Source of the DNA: a virus
Taxonomy: Duplodnaviria > Heunggongvirae > Uroviricota > Caudoviricetes
DNA length: 38,992 nt
Reading direction: 5' to 3' (one strand)
IMG/VR virus record: IMGVR_UViG_2785510761_000002
The stretch's first letter is position 1. Each line of letters begins with the position of its first letter. The position numbers were made by a program, and so were the translations under genes. Under the pieces are notes generated by a model, which saw only the letters and a list, made by a program, of their open reading frames with translations, searched no databases and was not told the origin of the DNA. This document shows, piece after piece, positions 32,422 to 38,992 of the stretch.

Positions 32422-33585
32422 TTACTCGGTATCCTCGGGCTCAGGTGCCAGGGGCTCGGCCGGGGGAGTGTACTCCGGCTTCCATTTGGTGTCTCCGGCC
32501 CACTGTTTGTAGTCGCCGTCCACATCCGCCGGCGGAATCGAGATCCGTTGCTCGGTGTACTCGGGCCCGCTGTTCGACGGGATCACAGTCTCCTGATGCT
32601 CAGCGGCCGGTACATCGCTTGACTCAGATTCCGCACTCTCCTTCGCCTCTTCAGCACGCTTTTTGAGGTCTGCCGCGTGAGCGACCAGGGCGTTTGAAGT
32701 GTTAGCAACGATCTCCGCGGTGCTGCTCTTGCCGGTCAGCGCAGCTTTCGCAGCCTCTGATTTTGACTGCTCCGCCACGCTCTTCAGGGTTGCGACAGCG
32801 GCTGCCAACGGCTTGGCATACGGCGAAGTGACGTCAGCGCGGCTTTCCGCTTGCTTCTGCAACTTCCGTACCTCAGCATCGGCCTGTTCGACATCACTCT
32901 TTGAGATCTTCGCGTCGGGCAACACCTTGGCTTCATCCTGCTCGGGAATGGTGAGGGCATCGCCAAAGTCGTGCTCGTCGACGGAGATCCACCCGCCAGC
33001 TGGAGCAGGCTGGCGATCCACTGTCTTCGGGACATCAGTCTCGCCGGCCTGGTCGGCGATCAACCCAATCTGGTTAGCCACGTCTCGAAGCTCCCGCGCC
33101 TGATCTGCAGTTACGATCTGGGAGCTGTCAGCGACCGCTAGCAGCTGCTTTTTGAGGCTCAAAGCTTCCGGTGCCTGGACCGCGGTGAGGACCTCAGCGT
33201 TCAGCGCAGCAATTCGGTGATCGTTGTCAGCAGCCGTGAGTGTCTGTAGTTCAGCAGTGGATTGGCGGTATTCCTCCACCATTGCGGCATGGTTCATCTT
33301 TGGGACGATGATGCATCCGGCGATGATTAGACCGACGAGCGTGCTTCCCGCGATGATAAGACCAACGCGGGGCTTGCGCTTCTCCGGCTCTACATCCTCA
33401 GTTTCAGCATCGTCACCCCGCTGATCTTCGGGGTCCGCAGGGGGCTCGACATCCGGTAGCCAGTCAGCAGCTTTCTCCGCTTCCGGTTCTCGTTCTGCAA
33501 GCTGTTTTCGCTGCGCGATGGTGAGCGGCTCCACTGCCGCGTCAGCTCCGCGACGCTTCGGCCCGTAGTCTCCGGTCTGTGACAT
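32422..33585 (-). CDS. Membrane-anchored helical protein, paralogue of 30789-32240
   Basis: Same architecture; KPRVGLIIAG..IIVPKMNHAAMVEEY aligns with KKLGLVIGG..IGIPPLLHQAKVDDY. Confidence 0.85.
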   Translation of the reverse strand: MSQTGDYGPKRRGADAAVEPLTIAQRKQLAEREPEAEKAADWLPDVEPPADPEDQRGDDAETEDVEPEKRKPRVGLIIAGSTLVGLIIAGCIIVPKMNHAAMVEEYRQSTAELQTLTAADNDHRIAALNAEVLTAVQAPEALSLKKQLLAVADSSQIVTADQARELRDVANQIGLIADQAGETDVPKTVDRQPAPAGGWISVDEHDFGDALTIPEQDEAKVLPDAKISKSDVEQADAEVRKLQKQAESRADVTSPYAKPLAAAVATLKSVAEQSKSEAAKAALTGKSSTAEIVANTSNALVAHAADLKKRAEEAKESAESESSDVPAAEHQETVIPSNSGPEYTEQRISIPPADVDGDYKQWAGDTKWKPEYTPPAEPLAPEPEDTE

Positions 33586-33614
33586 GTTGATGTAGCCCCT
33601 TTCTACTGGAAAGC

Positions 33615-33626
33615 CACATACGGGTC
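33615..33626 (-). promoter_or_regulatory. Box B (GACCCGTATGTG)
   Basis: Exact motif 29 nt upstream of ATG 33585. Confidence 0.65.
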
Positions 33627-33702
33627 ATGGAGCGCGGAGCCCGCCCCCACCTGAGATACCCGAGCAGGCCCCGCGCTGCGAAAGATTTCCCCCGCGACAG
33701 GT

Positions 33703-33714
33703 CACATACGGGTC
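33703..33714 (-). promoter_or_regulatory. Box B (GACCCGTATGTG), overlapping the sortase stop codon
   Basis: Exact motif, 88 bp upstream of the previous copy. Confidence 0.6.
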
Positions 33715-34345
33715 ACTGCACCGGTTCGAGCATCACGAACTTCATCGTGGCCCCGTCCCAGTAGCATGTCTGCAAGATCAGTGTGCCTGACAGGTGCGAG
33801 ATGTCATCAACGGTCGTCGTGAACTGCGGAACATCGAGCATCTCCACGATCCTGAATTCTTGCTCGCCGCCGTCACGCTCCACGACCTCGACCACATCTC
33901 CGATGCCTAGCGGAAGAATCACGTCTCCGCGCACCCCCTCGCCCCAACATCCGTTGTGGGCGGAGTAGACCGGTGACTGCATCTCGTCAGTCTGGTAGTC
34001 AACCATGCGCACCCAGCTGCCGGGGCACTGATCCACGAGCTCCTGGCCGCCATCCGGCCCCAGGATTACGCGCGGTGTCTGGCCTGACACGACCTGAGCT
34101 TGATGTTTGATCTGCGTGCCGGCAGTGCCAATGACTTCCTTCGTCTTGTCAGGAGCCACCCCGAGGCCTATGAGGATCGCGATAGCACCGATGAGGATGA
34201 TTCCGATGAGCACTGATGCGATCGCTGTGAGCCAAGCCGCCAGCTTGCGGCGCTTGCGCACCTGGCCGGGGGCGTCAGGCGGCGCCGCGCCGGTGTCTTC
34301 CGACTCGGTGAAACCAAGCTGCTCAAAATCTGTACCAGTGCTCAT
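33713..34345 (-). CDS. Sortase-family transpeptidase (actinobacterial class F-like)
   Basis: N-terminal TM anchor, VYSAHN (His), L..GD.V.V, LILQTC (Cys). Confidence 0.75.
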   Translation of the reverse strand: MSTGTDFEQLGFTESEDTGAAPPDAPGQVRKRRKLAAWLTAIASVLIGIILIGAIAILIGLGVAPDKTKEVIGTAGTQIKHQAQVVSGQTPRVILGPDGGQELVDQCPGSWVRMVDYQTDEMQSPVYSAHNGCWGEGVRGDVILPLGIGDVVEVVERDGGEQEFRIVEMLDVPQFTTTVDDISHLSGTLILQTCYWDGATMKFVMLEPVQ

Positions 34346-34351
34346 TGGGGC

Positions 34352-34894
34352 CTAGAAGTCTGCGTCCAGTGACTCGAGCGCGTTAGTGTGCACCCAGAGC
34401 TTGCCGAATCCGAGGCGCTCGAGCGAGTCGAGGAACTGTCGCTCGTCGTACGAGGTCACCCACACAATGCCGTCGCCCTTCGGGGCAGTGACATCCGTGT
34501 ATGGTGCGTACCCTTCCGCCATGAGAATCAGTGGCAACTCGTCGCGCGGCCAGGCCTCGAACTCAAGCACATCCTCGTCCTTTGGGTGCAGGAGTGCGGT
34601 CAGCTCATCCTCGCTGAGCGATTCCTGTAGTCCGGGGAACTGAGCGTACGCAACGTCGATCAGCGTCGCTTGTGCTGCCCCGGAGGCGGTGGCGAGCAGC
34701 CCGAAGCGTGCGGTGGCCCAGGGGTCAGGGTCGCTCTCGTCCGCCGAGAGGTTCTCGTAGTCTTCGATCAAGCCTTCGCAGATGCCGGTGCGGCTGTCTG
34801 AGCCGATAAGTTCGTTGTTCAGCGTCAGGAACGCAAACGGAAACGGGTGCTCGTTCAGTGCAGCTTCTGCTGCGCTGAGGATGGTGTAAGTCAT
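34352..34894 (-). CDS. Hypothetical acidic protein (180 aa)
   Basis: GAAAGGA SD before ATG 34894 (MTYTILS). Confidence 0.75.
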   Translation of the reverse strand: MTYTILSAAEAALNEHPFPFAFLTLNNELIGSDSRTGICEGLIEDYENLSADESDPDPWATARFGLLATASGAAQATLIDVAYAQFPGLQESLSEDELTALLHPKDEDVLEFEAWPRDELPLILMAEGYAPYTDVTAPKGDGIVWVTSYDERQFLDSLERLGFGKLWVHTNALESLDADF

Positions 34895-34955
34895 GGTGTC
34901 CTTTCGAGATGTGTGGCGTGGGGTCGACAAATTTCGCTAACCCTGCGCTTGAGCG

Positions 34956-34965
34956 GAATGCGCGG
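34956..34965 (-). promoter_or_regulatory. Box A (CCGCGCATTC)
   Basis: Exact motif 61 nt upstream of ATG 34894. Confidence 0.65.
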
Positions 34966-34977
34966 TATCCAACACCA

Positions 34978-36705
34978 TCATTGACCACCGACAAGCTTCG
35001 CCACCCGGGTGGCCTCGGCCTTAGCTGCGTTCGCGCGCGCGCCGCCGGCCAATGGCTGCCCGTCAGGGCCAAGTTCCCAAGCTTCATAAGTCCTGGGGCC
35101 GTTTCCGTACCCCTCTGGCTCGTCTGACTCTAGGCCGATGCTGGGGACCAGACGGTTGATCTCGGACTGAGACGGAGCGGGGCTGATGGCGCGAGGGAAT
35201 CCCCGGCGCGCTGCCTCAGCGATGTATTCATCCAGCGGTGCGAAGTAACCCTTGAAGATCACTGGTTCCTTCCCATCAAGATGAGCAAGCCCTACACCTC
35301 TGCCACGAACGCTGTCCTCTGCGATGTTCTTCGGCACATCAGGAACCTTCTCAGGTGTGCGAAAAGCGTGACCCTTCTCCGCTGAGCTGGGACTGGTACC
35401 CAGCATGATGCGGTGCGGGAGGTTTCCCTTCAACGTGGTTGAGAATCCGTACCTTTCGTTCGGCTGCTGGGTGAGATACTCGACACGAATCCCAGCGGCG
35501 CGGTACACCGCGGGGATCTTCGAGAGAGCAGTGACAAGCAGGCCGGCCTCGAGAATGTCCTGGGTCATCTGAACGAACTCAGGGAGTTCACGCATCTCCT
35601 TGTTCAGCCCCGGCGGAAGCTTTGGTGCCGTGAGTAGCGCAGCGAGCTCATCGGCGACTAGCAGCATCGGTGGGTTCTTTTTCTTCTCGTGACCAGGCAA
35701 ATCCTGCCACTTTGAAACACCGTACTTGCTCAGCAGTTCACCTCGGCGCTCACCTTCCTCGCCGACGCGTTTCGCAACTGCCACAGCCTGAGCACGAGAG
35801 TCGCAGCCCCACATTCCCTCAGCTACATACGGCTTCGCCCACGCGAAATCTGTCGCCTTGTCCGGGGAGTTGATGAGCGCCACCAGGTAGCCTTTCGCCA
35901 GCACGCTGAACACCATCGCCTGCGTCGAGATCGACTTGCCGGAGCCGGCAAGTCCGACCTTGAGGTCGCCAACCGAGTCGGACAGGTCCATCTCAATCGG
36001 GCGGTTGGGTTCGCCATTGCCGCCAAGTGCTACGCCGATAGGGATCTTGAACAGATCCTTCTCGCTCACCTTGTCAGCGGGTGGTAGCGCCTTGAAGTTG
36101 AACAGGTAGGCCGGATCAAACGTCGGCTGCTCGGCCGGTGTGATGCGACCGGTGAGGGTCTGAGCGTTGACCTTGACGTACCAGCCAGGCTGTCCGACCG
36201 CAGTCTCCGCCACCTCCGTCAACCTGTCATCATGAGAGCTGGGCGAATACTTCGACGGCAGCTTCAGCTCGAAGCCGCCGTCGGATGCCTGGGCGACCTG
36301 CACTTCCCACCGCGGCACCCCGAGGGCGTACGCGACCGCCTCACGGCAGCGCAACTCCTCGCCGGTCATTCGCGTGAGTCGTGCGGTACCCAGGAACGGT
36401 CTGAACTCAGAGAGGTAGTAGCCGGGATGAAGATCCTCGAGCCGTTGCGCGATCTTCTCGCCCTCGTTTGCCTTTACATCAGAGCCCAGGGCCACGTCGA
36501 AGCTCCGTTCACCGTTCAGGTTGGAGATCTCGGTGATAGCTGATTGACGCGTGACAGTGAGTTTGCGAGTTGTGGGCTCGAAGTTCGAGATCTCCCAACC
36601 AACACCCTTAGCCTCAGCGATCTTCGAGAGCAGCGCAGACACCATTTTGGGATTGGAGGGGTCAAAGGTAGTCGGTACGTTTACGGTCAGTCGGTCAAGC
36701 GCCAC
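34978..36705 (-). CDS. FtsK/SpoIIIE-family ATPase (candidate coupling protein/DNA translocase)
   Basis: IPIGV, GLAGSGKS Walker A, LLVADEL Walker B, AGIRVEYLTQQP, LKGNLPHRIMLG, GRGVG; GAGAGG SD. Confidence 0.85.
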   Translation of the reverse strand: MALDRLTVNVPTTFDPSNPKMVSALLSKIAEAKGVGWEISNFEPTTRKLTVTRQSAITEISNLNGERSFDVALGSDVKANEGEKIAQRLEDLHPGYYLSEFRPFLGTARLTRMTGEELRCREAVAYALGVPRWEVQVAQASDGGFELKLPSKYSPSSHDDRLTEVAETAVGQPGWYVKVNAQTLTGRITPAEQPTFDPAYLFNFKALPPADKVSEKDLFKIPIGVALGGNGEPNRPIEMDLSDSVGDLKVGLAGSGKSISTQAMVFSVLAKGYLVALINSPDKATDFAWAKPYVAEGMWGCDSRAQAVAVAKRVGEEGERRGELLSKYGVSKWQDLPGHEKKKNPPMLLVADELAALLTAPKLPPGLNKEMRELPEFVQMTQDILEAGLLVTALSKIPAVYRAAGIRVEYLTQQPNERYGFSTTLKGNLPHRIMLGTSPSSAEKGHAFRTPEKVPDVPKNIAEDSVRGRGVGLAHLDGKEPVIFKGYFAPLDEYIAEAARRGFPRAISPAPSQSEINRLVPSIGLESDEPEGYGNGPRTYEAWELGPDGQPLAGGARANAAKAEATRVAKLVGGQ

Positions 36706-36737
36706 AAAATGCCTCTCACTGGATGGTTCTGCCCCAG

Positions 36738-36749
36738 CACATACGGGTC
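36738..36749 (-). promoter_or_regulatory. Box B (GACCCGTATGTG)
   Basis: Exact motif 32 nt upstream of GTG 36705. Confidence 0.65.
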
Positions 36750-36755
36750 CGGAAT

Positions 36756-38990
36756 CTAAGCGATCCCCATGCGCTCTTCCTTTTCGCGGGCAGCAATGTC
36801 GTCGGGGTTCGTGGATGCGAGCTTGAAGAAGCTGTCTGGAATCTTGACCTCGACCGGTGCGATGTTCCCGCTGAGGTCGGCGTGGTACCAGACAGCGGGG
36901 CGCACCAGTGTTCGTTCGCCAGTGCCAGAGTCAACATCCCACAGTGCCTTGAGGCTGTTCCAGTTGTTCGCTCCGCTCTCTTTCTCGCGGCTGACGATCC
37001 TGCGGAGGATTTGAGGGCTCTCAGAACCGAACAGCTTGATGCCGGCGGAGGCCTGAGAGGTATCTTCACCCTCGGCTGGGATGTGACCGATGAGACCGCG
37101 GCTGATGAAACCACCGAGCCCAAGGGACAAAGGCCCTTTCGGTGTTTGTGTATACAGAACAACGAGCACGTTCTGAGACCTGGCTAGGCGCCCAAGTTCT
37201 ATGAGCTCGTCCGGCGCCGCTTTCTCGTACACCCACGCCTCATCAATGTGCAGCACCCCGCCTCGGCCGGAGAGGTTCGTGACCGCTGCGCGCACGATCT
37301 GCTTCATCACGTTCACGGAGGTGCGGATCGCGGGGGTCTCAAAGCGGATATCGCCTGCATTGTGCGCAGGGTTTGAGAACTTCGAGTCACCCACCTTGAA
37401 GAGCGTGATTCCGCTTGTCGCCATTACTGGGCTCTGGCCTGGGTGCATGCCATAGGTCGCCCGGAACATCGGGTAGGTTTGAGCGAATCCCTCAATCTGC
37501 TCAACGATCTCGAGCGGGATCACACCGTCGTTCGCCGCGATTCGTAAAGCCTGCCCACTGGCTTCGGCGCCGCGCTCGACGCCGTAACGGAGAGCGTTGG
37601 CGATCGGTGTCTCATATGAATCCATGTCGTAGGTGGAGAGCGGCCGGACGCGGCTGATCATGTCCGATGCATCCTGCACGCCCAGTGCACGGTCGGGGTT
37701 GTATCTGATCGGATCCAACGGGCCATCACTGTCCACGAGGTCGTCAAACGAGCTGACGCTTCCTCCTGAGGCACGGGTCGAGGCGGAGAAGTCTGACTTC
37801 TGTTTCGGATCAACAATGATCTGCGGTACTTTCGCGAGACCCCACGAGTGGGCCATCCACTGGAGGCAAAGTGACTTGCCGGAGCCGGTAGAGCCCGCCA
37901 CAAGAAACAGTGGGAAGCTGTCGCCACGGCTCGCAGCGCTCGCGGAGATATACACCGGCTGTCCGTCAGACTCGGTGAACCCGAGAAGTGCTCCGTCGCT
38001 GTCGCCTACTTTTGAGAGATTGGCGAGCGCTGCGAATGAGATAGTCGTTTGTGGCAGATCTTGTTTGTGTGGGTTCGCTCGCACATTTGAGCAGAGCATG
38101 GTCTCGTACCAGGCTGCAGGCTGTAGGTCGGTGAGCGTATCAAGCTCAACCCCAGGAGGTGTGATTTTCCGCACGTCCTTCTGCACGCCGTCGAAGCCGA
38201 TAATCACCGACGTGTCCATGAGCGTGGCCGGCGCCTCTCCTCGCGCGTACGAACCCTCCATCTGAGCGAGGTTCGCTTCACCCTCTTCCTGCTCATCACG
38301 AGGGGTTTTGTTGTTCTCGTGATACTCCTGAATGTCGGCGCGGATCTTCTGCTTCTGACTGCGCAGCTGTGCTCGAGTGACTTTCTGCGGCTCTACCAGG
38401 CCTCTAACGGAGATCACCCGGGCTCCTGAGTCGATCAGTCGCGGAGCCCATCGAACTAGAGGATCGGTCACTTCTGTGTAGCCGATGTCTAGATCGCGCA
38501 GCGCGGTGTATGAGATCGCGAACTCACCGGGAATTCCAGTCTCCGGCCAGTTCCGGCATGAGGCAATCGAGTGGTGATCTTCAATCTCGTACTTCGCGCT
38601 CATCTGCGTGATGTAGTGCAGGTGATCGTCGTGTCGAAGGGTCGGCACCCCCTTCGAGCGGCCGTGGCTCCACCAGGAGTCCGCCCAACGCAGCGTTTCT
38701 TTTGAGGGGACAGTAAAGCCTGCTCTGGCTAGCGCAGCACTCACCTCGTCAGTGTCACGGTCGTACTCGGTCATCATCGTGCCGGTGTACATGAGCGTGT
38801 AGATGAAGCTTTCCCAGGCCTTCTTTACGCCGCCATCGGATGCCGTGGGGGTTAGCTTCACGCCGAACAGCAGCTCACGCCGTTGGACGAATCGGTCTCG
38901 GAACTCAGAGTTCAGGTAGCCACGAATGGGGCTCTCCTCCGGTGCCGAATAGTAGGTCGGCACGTTCAGCAACAGCACATGGAATTCGCG
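36756..38990 (-). CDS. virB4: VirB4/ConE-like conjugative ATPase (5' end outside the window)
   Basis: GALLGF, VAGSTGSGKS Walker A, IIVDPK, LHIDEAW Walker B, RLARSQNV..LYTQ; frame stays open to the window edge. Confidence 0.82.
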   Translation of the reverse strand, partial: REFHVLLLNVPTYYSAPEESPIRGYLNSEFRDRFVQRRELLFGVKLTPTASDGGVKKAWESFIYTLMYTGTMMTEYDRDTDEVSAALARAGFTVPSKETLRWADSWWSHGRSKGVPTLRHDDHLHYITQMSAKYEIEDHHSIASCRNWPETGIPGEFAISYTALRDLDIGYTEVTDPLVRWAPRLIDSGARVISVRGLVEPQKVTRAQLRSQKQKIRADIQEYHENNKTPRDEQEEGEANLAQMEGSYARGEAPATLMDTSVIIGFDGVQKDVRKITPPGVELDTLTDLQPAAWYETMLCSNVRANPHKQDLPQTTISFAALANLSKVGDSDGALLGFTESDGQPVYISASAASRGDSFPLFLVAGSTGSGKSLCLQWMAHSWGLAKVPQIIVDPKQKSDFSASTRASGGSVSSFDDLVDSDGPLDPIRYNPDRALGVQDASDMISRVRPLSTYDMDSYETPIANALRYGVERGAEASGQALRIAANDGVIPLEIVEQIEGFAQTYPMFRATYGMHPGQSPVMATSGITLFKVGDSKFSNPAHNAGDIRFETPAIRTSVNVMKQIVRAAVTNLSGRGGVLHIDEAWVYEKAAPDELIELGRLARSQNVLVVLYTQTPKGPLSLGLGGFISRGLIGHIPAEGEDTSQASAGIKLFGSESPQILRRIVSREKESGANNWNSLKALWDVDSGTGERTLVRPAVWYHADLSGNIAPVEVKIPDSFFKLASTNPDDIAAREKEERMGIA

Positions 38991-38992
38991 AT

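Larger units (their letters stand above)
1..38992. mobile_element. Segment of a large actinobacterial conjugative plasmid or ICE
   Basis: VirB4 + FtsK + DUF2637 + ParA + private replication genes, and no core housekeeping operons; no boundaries visible. Confidence 0.75.

Noticed and set aside
1-38992. CRISPR array or cas operon suggested by the Cas4-like and DinG genes
   Set aside because: No regularly spaced direct repeats and no cas1/cas2/cas7/csf genes seen.
1-38992. Prophage or phage-plasmid
   Set aside because: Gene content is phage-like, but no terminase, capsid, portal, tail or lysis gene is visible, whereas VirB4 and FtsK are; cannot be excluded outside the window.

Overview
A GC-rich, gene-dense 39-kb segment that looks like part of a large actinobacterial conjugative plasmid or ICE. 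Family calls come from recognising motifs by eye, not from database searches. The left ~18.6 kb (minus strand) is a DNA-metabolism block: a D12-class adenine methyltransferase, UvrD-like helicase, DUF2637 membrane protein, MinD/ParA-type ATPase, two sigma-70-like proteins flanking an mIHF homologue, a TOPRIM-like primase/helicase fusion, a DnaE polymerase with an intact PHP site, and a Cas4/RecB-type nuclease. The middle (mostly plus strand) has a DsbA-like oxidoreductase, several small ORFs, a DinG helicase and NrdH. The right ~12.5 kb (minus strand) is a transfer/surface block: VirB4-like ATPase (cut by the window edge), FtsK-like ATPase, sortase, two paralogous membrane-anchored proteins and a thioester-domain adhesin. 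The strongest signal not explained by gene annotation is two short related motifs. Box A, CCGCGCATT(C), occurs 11 times and box B, (G/A)ACCCGTATGTG, 5 times. Every copy found lies sense-oriented shortly upstream of a gene start. Box A precedes mostly replication/DNA-processing genes and box B mostly transfer/surface genes. With the element-encoded sigma-like factors (one apparently lacking region 4), this suggests a private, phage-like two-class transcription programme; that link is inference. One box A copy lies inside the nuclease gene, ahead of a perfect SD and an in-frame ATG, implying a nested product. No CRISPR array, tRNA, rRNA, IS element or phage structural gene was seen.
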